In this document: positions 40,422-55,586 of the stretch, one piece after another
Numbering within the stretch: the first letter of the stretch is position 1
Layout: each line of letters starts with the position of its first letter
DNA from: Octopus vulgaris
Lineage: Eukaryota
Assembly: GCA_951406725.2 (NCBI GenBank)
Contig: OX597826.1
Coordinates: 43,400,001-43,464,000, forward strand
Reading direction: 5' to 3'
DNA: 64,000 nucleotides
The notes under the pieces: generated by a model
Database searches by the model: none
Told to the model about the DNA's origin: nothing
What the model saw: the letters and a program-made list of their open reading frames with translations, nothing else
Translations under genes and position numbers: made by a program

Positions 40422-41504
40422 TATGCGAAACATTGGTAGCACAACTACGAAATAAATATATTTTAGACTCATTTATAAAACAGTATTTCTTTTAACTGGA
40501 GAATAAAATTAAAACTGTCTTTACTAAAATAAAAGACCAAAGCATAAACAAAAAGAAAGAAAAAATCAAAAAGAAATTATTTCAAGTGTTTACGTCAAAC
40601 TTCGCTTTTTATTTCAACGGAAAAATCAATAACTCCTTAATTATTACACTACTGTTCGATATTAGTTGTCCATTGATAGTGTCACTTGAACAGCTTTTAT
40701 CACCGAACTGTTGACATATATAATGAATGCTACGTCCCCTCTTGTTTCTTTTTCCTCTTCTATTATTTCATACGACCAAATTCTATAGAAACTCTGAGAT
40801 ATTCAAACAAACCATATTTGAATATTTGACCAAGCTTCAAGGAGGTTTTGCGTTGAGTATCAGGTCAATCTGTTGTAAGTTTTGTGGGATAAGAAATGAA
40901 ATAGTAAAAAGCGACGAAATATTTTTCTAGCAGCTTAGAAACAAAATTACTGATGCCGTCAAATACTGGCAATCGCTAAGCAAATAAGCAAATGAACACT
41001 TCTTGTGTCTCGAGTAATAAAGCCAAGTGTTGTCGCATACACATATATATATATATATACATACATATATAGCTAGTGCTTGTTGTTTGTGATCGCAGTA
41101 AAAATGTCTCACTAAGTCAAGAGCTAAGTTTCTTATCACATTTCAGCCTGGGCCAATTTTGTTGTTTATGAGCTAGTTGGAGCTTTTTATGAGAGTAATT
41201 AATATTCATTGGACCTCGGTTTTCACACCTGGAACGGTATAAACATGGAAAATTAGCGGGACTGTGCACAGGCCATTAGTCAGACAAAAAAGGAGGCAGA
41301 AGAAAGCGAAAAACTCGAATTTGGATGCAAAATAACTTATGGGCATACGGGGTCGGTTTATCGATTATTTCAATGGCTTTCTAGGGTGACAGGAGAAATA
41401 AAAAAGATCTTCAACGACCACTCTCAGACAGCCCAAGGAAAATGCGAGCGTTTTACGTGAAAAACTGGATTTGTATAAAGGGCACATAGACATAGAGATA
41501 CACA

Positions 41505-41595
<91 letters not shown>

Positions 41596-41598
41596 ATA

Positions 41599-41629
<31 letters not shown>

Positions 41630-41638
41630 GTGTATATG

Positions 41639-41685
<47 letters not shown>

Positions 41686-41779
41686 AATATAACTGCAGAA
41701 TAAGAGAATAAAAGTTGAAATAACGAAATACCCAGTCTTACATATAACGATGGATATATTAAATATTAGTGTCTCTCAC

Positions 41780-42540
41780 ACAAGGTTGTGCGGGAAAGTT
41801 CATAGAATGACTATGAAAGCGTGATGTTAGAGTTGAGAAATCTTGCATGCATTAATCTCATCTCTTATTAGTTATTGCATAGTTTCATTCCAGGTAATCT
41901 GACATTTGTCTGTTCAAAGAAGACTTCAAAAATAACTTGTAGCGACTTCTCTTGAAAATCGACAAAATTTGGCGCCGCGGTGTGATCACGAAGCGTCAGA
42001 AAAAGGGTTTAACCCTGAAAAACATTCATGCTGACATGATAGCTGTATTAGGGGATGACCCTCCAGCTTTATTAAAAGTGCAAAAGGGGGTAGCAATATT
42101 TAGGTGGGAAAAGGAGAGTCTTGAAGATAACGCAAGGTCTAGACGTCCTGTAACTGACACCAAACGGCCGGGAAAACTGACGAAAGGGTTCTTGTTTCAT
42201 GAGGAAAATGCTCTAACACACAAGTTCTTCGTTTCAAAGGCTACTGTGCATGACTGTAGCTTTAAACTGGTTGATCCCCTTCTCTACTCTCCTGATTTGG
42301 CTCCATTCGATTATCTTCTGTTCCCTAACAGGAAAAACCTTGTCTGGGAACTTGTATCGCAGTGATGATGACGTATATATCTGCTGTTGATTAACTTTCT
42401 GACTAACAGGGTGAAAGCTTTTTTACTAATGGGATCCAAGCACTGCAATACCAATGGAAGAAGTCTGTGGACCACAACGGGACTATGTCGAAAAATAAAC
42501 CTTATTTGGTCATTTGCCATGAGAGTATTTTGGTCAGATA
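41780..42540 (+). mobile_element. internally deleted, degraded mariner element
   Basis: ORF 41952-42365 fuses the HTH region (IHADM...SLEDNARSRRP) directly to the catalytic C-terminus (LFHEENALTH...YSPDLAPFDYLLF). Confidence 0.8.
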
Positions 42541-43010
42541 CTCTGTTGACGCTGGGAAAGCAGAATCCGCGGAACGTCAAGCAATATTTCTTCTTGAGAT
42601 CTTGTTCCTATGTTATGTGTTCAAATACCACCACTATCAATTTTTTTATTTTTTGTTTGTTTTTTAATTTTTCCAAATCAGTAAAATAAAATACCATTGA
42701 AGCACTGGGTTCGATATAACCGACTGTACGAAAATTTCGGGCCTTGAGGCTGTGTGAGGAATTATTAACGGTTTTATTTTTGGTAGCGAAAATGGGAAGC
42801 CAGACTGCAACCATCCTTGCATTTTATAATTACCTCCCTTTAGGTTCATCATTTTCAAATACTTAATAACAATAGAAAGTTTTAACAAGCATTCTCTCTG
42901 TCTCTCTCTGCCTCTCTCTGTCTCTCTCTTTCGCACTCTTTCTCATAAACATTCTCTAACACATAAAACACACACAAACACATAAACAAGCACACACACA
43001 CACACACACA

Positions 43011-43069
<59 letters not shown>

Positions 43070-43325
43070 AAAAACACACAAAAATATGCCCTCACACATT
43101 CTCTCTCTTTTTCTTACCCTCAAGGAATATGCAGAAAAGCAGAAAGCTTGAAGAATTGCCAGGTAAATATTCTTGCTGTATGCGAAGTTCAAAAGACACT
43201 GATCTAGGAATTACCTATATTCTTCTCCGAGGAATGTTATCAATAAAATAAGTAAAAAGAAAGTTTTATAACAACTGCAAATCACTTTTTGGATTCGGTA
43301 CACAGGATATACAATCTCAACGGGA

Positions 43326-43343
43326 ATGATAATAATAATAATG

Positions 43344-43384
<41 letters not shown>

Positions 43385-43385
43385 T

Positions 43386-43423
<38 letters not shown>

Positions 43424-43468
43424 TGTAATAATAATAATAATAATAATAATTGTAATAATAATAATAAC

Positions 43469-43513
<45 letters not shown>

Positions 43514-43531
43514 TGTAATAATAATAATAAC

Positions 43532-43579
<48 letters not shown>

Positions 43580-43631
43580 TGTAATAATAATAGTAACAAT
43601 AATAATGATAATAATAATAATGATAATAATG

Positions 43632-43694
<63 letters not shown>

Positions 43695-43740
43695 GATACT
43701 CGGCAAGAAATGGAAGCAAATTTGAAAGAAGAAAAAAAAA

Positions 43741-43778
<38 letters not shown>

Positions 43779-43836
43779 TGTAATAATAATAATAACAATA
43801 ATAATAATGATAATAATAATAATAATAATAATAATA
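43326..43836. repeat. long interrupted (AAT)n array containing a ~50 bp Dong-like 3' tip
   Basis: Insert 43694-43741 GATACTCGGCAAGAAATGGAAGCAAATTTGAAAGAAG resembles the terminus of the 27381-27700 element. Confidence 0.8.
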
Positions 43837-44228
43837 TAACTACAACAGTAAAATATAAAATAAAATAAAATAAAATAAAAAAGCAACAACAACAAGAAAA
43901 CAACAATTTCTATATAGACAAGGAGGTTCTAGATATACGGTATGCAAGGGTCTCGATATACAGTATACAGGAGAATTACAAAAACGTGTACGCATGTAAT
44001 AAACAGAAAGGGGTGGGTGATGAAACATAATGCAATTAATGGGACATTCTTCATTAGTAAAGTTGATCTCGGTGGGGTTCGAACCGCTAAGCATTTTTTT
44101 TCTGACGCTCTAGCGAATTTAGTGTGGCACATCACATGATTTCTAATTTATGCACGAGACCAGCAATTGTGAGACGCGAGATTTAGTTGATTGCACTGGT
44201 CCTAGTATTTTACATTTACCCAGTAAGT

Positions 44229-44615
44229 GGAGGCGCAATGGCCCAGTGGTTAGGGCAGCGGACTCGCGGTCGTAGGATCGCGGTTTCGATTCCCAGACCG
44301 GGCGTTGTGAGTGTTTATTGAGCGAAAACACCTAAAGCTCCACGAGGCTCCGGCAGGGGATGGTGGTGATCCCTGCTGTACTCTTTCACCACAACTTTCT
44401 CTCACTCTTACTTCCTGTTTCTGTTGTACCTGTATTTCAAAGGGCCGGCCTTGTCACTCTCTGTGTCACGATGAATATCCCCGAGAACTACGTTAAGGGT
44501 GCAATTGTCTGTGGAGTGCTCAGCCACTTACACGTTAATTTCACGAGCAGGCTGTTCCGTTGATCGGATCAAGCGGAACCCTCGTCGTCGTAACCGACGG
44601 AGCGCTTCCACACAC
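44229..44615 (+). mobile_element. full-length tRNA-derived SINE family C with 11-bp TSD
   Basis: A and B boxes; TSD ACCCAGTAAGT at 44218-44228 and 44616-44626; nested in an older minus-strand family A copy. Confidence 0.88.
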
Positions 44616-44912
44616 ACCCAGTAAGTTATCTTATCGACTTGGAAAGGGTTAAATGCTAAGTTTAATTGACCTCGGCGAGGATTTGAACGTAAACTGCTGG
44701 GGGAAAATGCTACAAAAGCAGCGTGTTCGTCGCTCTAACGATTCTGCTAAAGCGCTGGGACACCACCTTTTCAGGAAAGATGCAGCGGATTTATTTTAAC
44801 TGCAATATTTAGCTGTTACTAATTTTGTGGACCCTGGAGGGATAGAAGGTGAAGTCGTCCTCAGTGCGAGTCGATCGTATAAAAGCGAGTGGAGTGTAAT
44901 TAAATATCGTAA

Positions 44913-44952
44913 AGATGATGATGAGGAGGAGGATAAATGAGGATGATGAAGG

Positions 44953-44989
<37 letters not shown>

Positions 44990-45362
44990 GGTGATGATGA
45001 TGACGATGATGACGACGGTGATGATAATGATGATGATGATGATAACGATGACGGTGATGAAGCCAACAATGGGGACAACGCCAACAATGGGGACAACGCC
45101 AACAATGGCGACTACACCGACGCCGACGATGATGACGACAACGACGATGATGAAGACAACGATGACGACGACAACGATGATGATGATGATGATGATGACG
45201 ATGCTGGCGATAACGACAACGACGATAATGATGATTAACATGATGACGATGACGGTGTCTGATGATGATGATGAGGATGATGAGGATAATGAGGACGGTG
45301 ATGAGAGCGATCATGAAGTTAAAGACGACGACGACGACGACGTTGACGACAATGATGATGAA

Positions 45363-45408
<46 letters not shown>

Positions 45409-45420
45409 GTGATGATGAAG

Positions 45421-45500
<80 letters not shown>

Positions 45501-45595
45501 AACGACGTCGATGATGGCGATGATGATGATAACGAGGACGATGATGGCGATGATAGTGATGATGAAAATGACGGCGATGATGATAATGATAACGT
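44913..45595. repeat. degenerate (GAT/GAC)n trinucleotide array
   Basis: Directly visible; includes an 18-bp unit GCCAACAATGGGGACAAC repeated ~2.5 times. Confidence 0.95.
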
Positions 45596-46091
45596 CATTC
45601 GAAGGCTAAAATCAATACCTTTATTTCACTACAATAGTGTGAGTGAGATAAATAACAGGCAATATCTATAGATATCTGAAAAATGATCGGATATATTGCC
45701 TTGAGAACAGATTAAATACCACAGATTGACCGAGCGAACTGAGAACTTTGCTACTAACAGGTAAATTATTTCTTCAGCTTTATAGAGAAAACGATATACA
45801 AACCATATGGTTGCATGTCTCGGCAATAAATGATTCCTTGACACAACTTCTCTTTCTTGATCAATGGAATGTTCATGGTTGGCAGCAGTAGCAGAGAAAA
45901 TCGTCATCTGTTATCTGTATGAAGAATTTAATATAACTTTGGAAAGCAACACTGTTTTAGGCGCCGAAAAGACAAAAGCGTTGTCATACGAATAATCTTT
46001 GGAAAAGATAGCGACATTATGAATAATATAATAGTTATAAAGTTAATGTTTGGTGTGGAAGTATAATTTATTATAAACATGTTTCAACAAA

Positions 46092-46190
<99 letters not shown>
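46092..46190. repeat. (TATC)n microsatellite
   Basis: Directly visible. Confidence 0.97.
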
Positions 46191-46199
46191 AAAGATAGA

Positions 46200-46380
46200 T
46201 CAAATTTTTTTTTCCCTCTCCCCTTTTTCTTTAACCCCCCTTTTTTGTCCCCTTTCTCTCCTTTTACGATCCCTTTTGATCGAAACTCCCCCTTCCTTTT
46301 TTTTTAAACCTTCAAAAGAAAAGCTCTACCTTGTAATTTGTTCTATCTGTGTGCAGCCCTGTGTGGCTAATAAAGAAACA
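46200..46380 (+). mobile_element. putative LINE 3' UTR remnant in (TATC)n
   Basis: Pyrimidine-rich UTR ending TGTGTGCAGCCCTGTGTGGCTAATAAAGAAA, followed by TATCTATC. Confidence 0.45.
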
Positions 46381-46400
46381 TATCTATCTATAAAGATATA

Positions 46401-46463
<63 letters not shown>

Positions 46464-46499
46464 GTATATGTACACGCACACAAATAGACACATAAAATG

Positions 46500-46537
<38 letters not shown>

Positions 46538-46557
46538 AATGCATACACACACATATG

Positions 46558-46593
<36 letters not shown>

Positions 46594-46975
46594 GGCGTAG
46601 CTGCGGGGTAAGAGATTTGGTTCGCAACCACGTGGTTCCGAGTTTAATCTCAGTGCGTGGTACCATGGGCAAATGTCTTCTAAGAAAAACTCGAGCTGAC
46701 CAAAGCCATGTGAACGGTAGCTGGAAACTGAAAGAAGTCTGTCGTCTATATTCATGTATATCTCTCTGTCTGTGTGTCCTTCAGTCCGTATTTGCCCCCT
46801 ACCGCTCTTTGACAACTGGTACGGGTGTGTTTACGCCCCCCCCCATAACTTAGCGGTTCGGCAAACAGAGTCCGATAGAATTAGTACCAGACTTTAAAAA
46901 GATAAGTCGATTGGTTCGATAAAATTCTTCAATGCGGTGTCCCGGCATGACCGCAGTCTAATAACTGAAGCAAAA
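46594..46975 (+). mobile_element. SINE family B copy
   Basis: Homology to 7570-7993. Confidence 0.75.
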
Positions 46976-47102
46976 GGTAATTAATAAAGTATTTATTAAT
47001 TATAGAATATGACAACATCTCTGCGCATGGATTGGTAACTAACTAGTATATTCATTGGATTTTATGATTCCTTAATGACTTTTATTTGAATTTATGAAAT
47101 TG

Positions 47103-47145
<43 letters not shown>

Positions 47146-48074
47146 AAAAACACACAAATATACACATATGTTATATATGTATATGTGTATGCATACATGC
47201 AGTGTCTGTATTAAAACTACTAAGCGTTCTTATAGCGATTCGAGTTCCATGTTTCAGCAATGTACTTGCTTATACATTGATACATTCATACATATACATG
47301 CTTCTATAAAAGAAAATATATAATATAATATATATATGTATGTGTGTGTATTATATATGTAGTGAGTAGAAAAACAAAAGGAAAAAAGCAGTCAACACAT
47401 TTACTAGGAGTTATATTCTTATTTAACAGTTTGATTCGGCTCTGTGTGACTTAAGGTTTCGCAGGCTTCTAACTGAATCCTAGCTCATTCAAGTCCAGTT
47501 AACCGAATGAAGAGATACAGGGTATCTAAGATGGCTACTGGAAGCTGGGCTGCTACTGCTTAAGGTGGGCCACATAGTATTGTTAGAAGATCGCCCTCAG
47601 CGACACCAGATGAATTAGGAGAGAAAATTTCTTGGAACACATATGACTGAACAGGAATCTGGTAGCCGGCCATTGAGGGGCTTGCAGGCCGATGCGTGTG
47701 TGTGTGTGTGTGTGTGTATGGGTATATGTCAACTATGCGTCTGTGTACGGGATGAGTGTGTATGTGTAAGCATGCGGATGAGAGCTGGACTTTGGTGAGG
47801 ACTGATGGCATCAACTCGCTGATGTGTTGCTAAGGTGTGTTTTCGTATGGGTACGTGCATATCAGCTGCGTGTGTGCGCGTATGAATGTTGCTATTGTGG
47901 TGAACCTGTCCTGAATGTGAGTGTTTAACAATGATACATACATACATACATACATACATACATACATACATACATACATACATACACACACACATATATA
48001 TGTATATATATATATAATGTATGTATGCCTGTATGTATATATGTATATATATATAAATAATATATGTATGCCTG

Positions 48075-48112
<38 letters not shown>

Positions 48113-48123
48113 ATGTATGTATG

Positions 48124-48157
<34 letters not shown>

Positions 48158-48421
48158 ATATATACGCGCGTATGCGCTCTTTCGCGTGTTTATGTTTGTA
48201 TCTATACCGCTTGATGACCAGTGATAGTTTGTTCACGTCACCGTAAGTTGGCGGTTTGGCTTTTAGGAAAAGTACAAAATAATGAAAAAAAAAAAGACAA
48301 AACAAAAGAAGAAAGACATATGTACTCAAGCCAATTTATTCGATTACACCTTTCAGCCTTGCACTCCGCATAACCGCAATACTAGGATTGACACATGCAA
48401 AAGAGTAAGTACATGTTTATA

Positions 48422-48465
<44 letters not shown>

Positions 48466-48569
48466 GAAATATGTTACAAAAAAGAAAACAGAAACTACAC
48501 GTGGTAATGTAAAGGGAAAGTAAGAAAAATCAATGTGCATTTTCGTTGATTTTTTCTTACTTTCCCTTT

Positions 48570-48647
<78 letters not shown>

Positions 48648-48670
48648 CGTGTGTGTGTGTGTGTGTGTGT

Positions 48671-48861
48671 TTAAAATTAAAATGAGGGTGAAAAGTTGGA
48701 TATTAATTTGATAATACCAATTTAACACCAGTGGTCTAGCATATTAAAAAACTGAGGTTCAGTAAATTGTATTACGTACATATGTGAGGGATTACCACAT
48801 TTCTTAGTGGTAAGACTATACCGGATCTACTTCTAGCATTAGGGTGTCCACATAGTGGTAA

Positions 48862-48871
<10 letters not shown>
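48671..48871 (-). mobile_element. ~190 bp (TA)n-anchored repeat family, copy 2
   Basis: Homologous to 15291-15476. Confidence 0.6.
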
Positions 48872-48900
<29 letters not shown>

Positions 48901-48904
<4 letters not shown>

Positions 48905-49194
48905 TAATCCAAACAAGAAAACAAAAGCAAAAAAACAACAACGCAAGGACGTGGAACAAATAAAGTATTATTGGACGCTCAGGAAAGAAGGGAAGAAGGA
49001 GGGTTTGACGTTTCGAGCGGAGCTCTTCGTCGGAAACATAGGAGAAGGAAAGATCGCGAGAAGGGAAGACAGGGAAAAAATCGCTAGTGATACGGACGAG
49101 GTCATATATATATATATTCCATTTCCTGAGCGCCTATTAATAATAATACTGTAATTGTTCCCTTGTTGTTGTTTTTTTGTTTCCCGTTTGGATT

Positions 49195-49200
<6 letters not shown>
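48901..49200 (-). mobile_element. PLE pLTR-like element with minimal hammerhead plus an inverted partial copy
   Basis: 48901-49105 homologous to 16707-16911; reverse complement of 49003-49037 = gttt-CCGACGAA-gagc tcc gctc-GAAA-cg-TC-aaac; 49116-49200 is a diverged opposite-orientation 3' piece. Confidence 0.72.
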
Positions 49201-49272
<72 letters not shown>

Positions 49273-50000
49273 CTGAGAAATCTAAACGAAATTCACTGGG
49301 CAACACCGACAGCAACTAATGCTATTAACTCAAATGTACGGAACAGAGTTATGTCAACGACGAATTACGCAACAACATAAGCGGTCAGATGGTGTCACGT
49401 GAACAACACCGACAACAATTCACAACAACAATAACAGCCAGCACCACCAGCACCACCACCACCACCAGCACCACCACCCACCACCACCAATAACAGCAAA
49501 AATAACAAACAATGCACGGTTCGTAATAACAATAACATTAACGAGAAGACCAACTTCAGCCAAATGCATCGAAGTTGACATAAGTTTCCCAAGAATTTAC
49601 CATTAAATACATTTAGAGTTCTGAATAATTTCATTGATTCTTAGTGAAGTTTTGAAAGGAAAACTAGTGATTATTGATGTAATATATTCTCTGTGCGTTT
49701 GTGTCAAAGAGCCGGAACTAATATCAATATATGTTTGCTTCTCTGACTCTTCACTAACAGCCAGTCGTTCATGTTTGACATCGAATGTCACGGTTCAGCA
49801 TACGTCTAATGAGGAGACTGTCTATAGCCTGTTCAAACTACTTTATTATACAAATGTTTATTGCTAATTGAAAGTGGCGTTTCATTTGTGTAATACTGCA
49901 TTCCTTAAAACAGAAATATTAAACCTACATTTTCTCTCTTCCATTTCGAAGCATAACTAACTAACAGGAGCGGTAAGGAATTTGCAATATAAATCTTTTC

Positions 50001-50082
<82 letters not shown>

Positions 50083-50304
50083 TGTATATGTATGTATGTA
50101 TGTATGCATGTATGTATGTATGTATGTATGTATGTATGTATGTATGTATGTATGTATGCATGCATGTATGTATGTATGTATGTATGTATGTATGTATGTA
50201 TGTATGTATGTATGTATGAATACACATACAAACACACGTACGCGTGCACACATGCACATACATAAATTAATGCATATATATATGTTTATATATATCTATA
50301 TCTA

Positions 50305-50433
<129 letters not shown>

Positions 50434-50488
50434 TTTGTTGTGCAAGATTTTTATTGGCTAAACTGGCAAAATGACCATTCCGAAATAT

Positions 50489-50542
<54 letters not shown>

Positions 50543-51032
50543 TTACGTATATATATATATATTCATATATGCATGTTTATATTCTATATATATGTATATA
50601 TATATACATTCACACACATATGTATGTATGTACGTATATATGTATTAATGTACATATGTATGCAAGTATGTATGCATGTATCTTCTTTTGCCTACCTGCA
50701 ATTGTTTCAGTTATTGTACAGCGGCCATGCTGGAGCAAGGCTTTGAACATCTGGTACCTATTCTATCAGCCTCTTTTACCGAACCGCAAAGGAACGACTT
50801 AATGAAACCAAGATTGGTTGTGAAACGTTAAGGGGACAAATAGAAACACGAATACACACAAACACACGCACACATATACACACACACGCTCACACACGCT
50901 CACACACAAGGCTTAGGCGTGGATGCGTGGAAGGAAGTTTGATTCCCAAGCACATGCTTCCGGGTTCAGTCCCATTGCGTGGCACGTTGGGCAAGTCCCT
51001 TCCACTATAACCGAAATGAAAGAAATCTGTCG

Positions 51033-51560
<528 letters not shown>

Positions 51561-52241
51561 GGACGTTGCTCTATCTCAGGTAATGATCTCCCACAGAGAA
51601 TCACTTGCCATAAGCTATGACTCTAAAAAGCTTAGAGTACCTCCTGTGTGCAAGTAGACGAAAGACAAGTTATTTAAATATTAGTTTTTATCTTTGAATT
51701 ATCTCAGTCACTAGACTGTGGCCAAGCAGGGGCACCGCCTTAAAGGATTTATTCGAACAAACCGACCCTATTACGCGAGCGCACACACTCTGCCAAATTC
51801 ACTCACAACGCATTGGTCAGCCCTGGGTTGCAGTTGGAAACACTTGTTCAAGGTGCTGCGCAGTGGGACTGAGTACAAAACCACACAGTTTTAAAATGAG
51901 CGTCTTATCCGCACAGCCAAACCTACGCCTAATTTATGCACTTATGTAACATATCAATAAAGAGAACAAGCACGAAGACTCTCATAATTACAAGAAGAAC
52001 AATTAACGCTTGGCTTCAACTGAGAGATACGAAATAATTATGATTACAACCCAAGGAGACAGGGATTAAAAATTGATCAAGTATAAATGGAAATGAAGAA
52101 TAGTAGTAGTAGTAGTTGCAGCGCTTTGATCATTAATACTAATATTGATGGAAGGGATAGAAACCAATATTGATATAAGTGATAATAATTTTGATAGCAA
52201 TCGCAGATGAACAGATTACGTATAGCTTATATCAGATACTA

Positions 52242-52286
<45 letters not shown>

Positions 52287-52393
52287 TAGGTGTGTGGCAA
52301 TAAGCTTGCTTCCCAACCACATGGTTTCGGGTTCGGTGCCACAGCGTGGTACCTTGGGCAAGTGTCTTCTACTATAGCCTTGTTACTTATTTG

Positions 52394-52445
<52 letters not shown>

Positions 52446-52532
52446 TAAGAAATGGAATTAGACGCAGGTGTTATTCAAATCTTTATACTTCCGACATATG
52501 TTTCGAAGAAAACGTTGGTATTATTCCTGGGG

Positions 52533-52576
<44 letters not shown>

Positions 52577-52577
52577 A

Positions 52578-52975
52578 CAGGCGTGGTTGTGTGACTAGAA
52601 GGCTGTTTCACAACATGGTTCCGGGTATAGTCCCACTGCGTGGCATCTTAGGCAAGTGTCGTCTGCTATAGCCTCGGGTCGACCAAAGCCTTGTGAGTGG
52701 ATTTGGTAGACGGAAACTGAAAGAAGCCCGTCCCATATATATATATTTATATTTATATATATTCATGTGTGTGTGACTGTGTTTGTCTACCCCCATCACC
52801 ACTTGACAACCGGTGTTGCTGTATTTACGTCTACGTAGCATAGCGATTCGGCGAAAGACACCGATAGAATAAGTACCAGGCTCACGAAATTAATACTGTT
52901 GTCGATTCATTTAACTACAAATTCAAGGCGCTGCCCCAGTATGGCCCCAGTCTAATGACTGAAACAGGTAAAAGA
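52578..52975 (+). mobile_element. SINE family B copy
   Basis: Homology to 7570-7993. Confidence 0.8.
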
Positions 52976-52983
52976 TACATACA

Positions 52984-53053
<70 letters not shown>

Positions 53054-53283
53054 CTTTAGATTTTAATACAGAGGTCAGCAGTTCCAAGGGAAAGGGTGAG
53101 CCCATTACATCGATCCGAGAGCTCAAATGTGTACCTATTTAACTCCGAAATGAAAGGATGAAAGGCATAGTCGACCGCGTCGGAATTTGAACTCAGAACG
53201 TTAAGACCAACAAAATGCTGCTAAGCATTTTGCCCGAGTACTAACCATTCTGCTAATTCGCAGCCATGTGTGTGTGTGTGTGT

Positions 53284-53338
<55 letters not shown>

Positions 53339-53442
53339 TGTGTGAGAGAGAGAGAGAGAAAGAGAACAAGAGACAATTTGTGTATGCGTGTGTGTGTATA
53401 AACACGCATATCTATATATATAGATACATACATACATATATA

Positions 53443-53518
<76 letters not shown>

Positions 53519-53521
53519 TTG

Positions 53522-53559
<38 letters not shown>

Positions 53560-53590
53560 CTGAAATTCGGTGTGTGGTATATATTTACCA

Positions 53591-53672
<82 letters not shown>

Positions 53673-54500
53673 GGTACATATACACGAATTTATGTATGTA
53701 TGTAAGTAATGTATATATATACATGTACATCTATTGTGTCTTTGCTTATCTATCAATCTCTCTGTCTATCTATCTATCAGTCTATCTGTCTGTCTGTCTC
53801 TATCTTTCTGTACATACATACATACGTGCATACATACACACATATGAAAAACTGCGACTGCTCTGTTCTTATTGTTTGTTTTATATCTGTGTTATTGACA
53901 CATCCTTCATAAAAATACATTCCATTTACGAAATATTCCATTTCCATAAAGGTCTCCGGGAATATATATATGCATTGAGAATAAATACATACATTAACAC
54001 CTGGAATCAATACATCTCGTCAAGGTAACAAAAGATGTATTCACTCTGATCTGGAGAACTTCTCTCCGTGGATGGAAATAATCGCCATCGTAACTTAAGT
54101 CAATACTGGCTAACTCGTCTTTCTGTAGTATATTTTACCGTTTAGTTAGGGATGGAAGGGTAGCGCCTATGATATGATCCTTATGTTTTTAGAGAATACT
54201 AGGCAGAAGAGAACAGATTGCCCTTAAAATGGAGTCGTGGCATGAATAATTGCGACAAAATATATTCTGTTAAAGATACCCATGGGGCTTCGTATTGTTG
54301 TTAAAGTTAGATGATGAATCATGGTTATTTTAGGATTATCAGAATATGATCAAATATTATTAAAATTACGTACATTTCAGACACACACGCATACATACGT
54401 GCGAGTAATGCCTCGTGAGCGAATTTGGTAATCGGAAACTATGAAAGTTGTTCATATATGTATGTATGTCTGGATGTGTGTGTGTGTGTATTCTGTGTAA

Positions 54501-54531
<31 letters not shown>

Positions 54532-54689
54532 TCTTTCTGTTTGTGTTTGTCATCCACCGCTTGATAATCGGTGTCGATTTGTTTACATCCCTATAACTTA
54601 GTGGTTCGGTAAAAGGCGTTCGATAAAATTAGTATCAGATTTTAAAAACCTGTAAGTACTGGGGGCGATTTGTTCAACAAAAACCCTTA

Positions 54690-55192
54690 AAATATACGAA
54701 GTCCAACATACCCATTATGGCTACCCGTCTAACAAAAGTACACCAGGTACATGCATCACAACCATATGTGCGTGACATAGCGACAGGGTGATCTCATATC
54801 AAGATAAACAGCAGATGACCTTGCCGGTGGGGGTCCAGTTAGAATTTTATTCAGATCGAATAGCCGAATGAGGATTGTTTAAAGATGTTGAACAAAACAT
54901 CCATGTTTCCAAAAGTGAATTATCCAAACCTCAAAGAATTCCTCTCAACACATGGCTATGATGCTCCCCCACTACTTCTGCTCGTGATCACAAATGCACA
55001 TATCGTTAACCGCTAAGGGATATATTCAACTGGTTAAGGTCAAGCAACTGACAAGCAAATCTGTGGTATTGAGCAGAATATTTGCTGTAGCCCATCTTTT
55101 ATACCGAGACAAAACAATGTACATGATAACACTTCCAATCAGTTAAGATAAGAATACATGAGAGCCACTGTCTGGTACTGCATCAAGGCATT
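54690..55192 (-). mobile_element. second copy of the ~520 bp repeat at 528-1047
   Basis: Reverse-complement homology along its length; adjacent to (ATC)n(ATT)n. Confidence 0.7.
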
Positions 55193-55233
55193 TATCATCA
55201 TCATCATCATCATCATCATTATTATTATTATTA

Positions 55234-55450
55234 AGGCGGCGAGCTGGCTGAATCGTTAGCACGCCGGAAGAAATGCTTAGCGATACTTCGCCCGTCGCTA
55301 CGTTCTGGGTTCAAATTCCGCTGAAGTCAACTTAGCCTTTCATCCTTTCGGGGTCGATGAAATAAGTGCCAGTTACGCACTGGAGTCGATGTAATCGACT
55401 AGCCCCCTTCCCCCAACAAAAAGTTTCAAGTCTTTGTGCCTAGAGTAGAA
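55234..55450 (+). mobile_element. SINE family A, T1-tail copy
   Basis: Full head, core and tail followed by (AAT)n. Confidence 0.8.
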
Positions 55451-55475
55451 ATAATAATAATAATAGTAATCATCA

Positions 55476-55555
55476 TTCTTCTTCTTCTTCTTCTTCTTCT
55501 TCTTCTTCTTCTTCTTCTTCTTCTTCTTCTTCTTCTTCTTCTTCTTCTTCTTCTT

Positions 55556-55585
<30 letters not shown>
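55476..55585. repeat. (TTC)n microsatellite
   Basis: Directly visible. Confidence 0.97.

Positions 55586-55586
<1 letters not shown>

Noticed and set aside
43211-43906. Poly-Asn/Ile/Leu ORFs
   Set aside because: Translated (AAT)n array
44232-44302. tRNA gene
   Set aside because: A and B boxes are present but there is no proper acceptor stem; it continues into a SINE body with a TSD
44915-45671. Asp-rich, Met-rich and His-rich ORFs
   Set aside because: Translations of a degenerate (GAT)n array with a frame change and internal stop; no splice or domain evidence
47448-47495. Minus-strand hammerhead-like motif (gacUUGAAUGAgc...gcGAAAccUUAagUc)
   Set aside because: Core does not fit CUGANGA and stem III cannot form; at most a decayed copy
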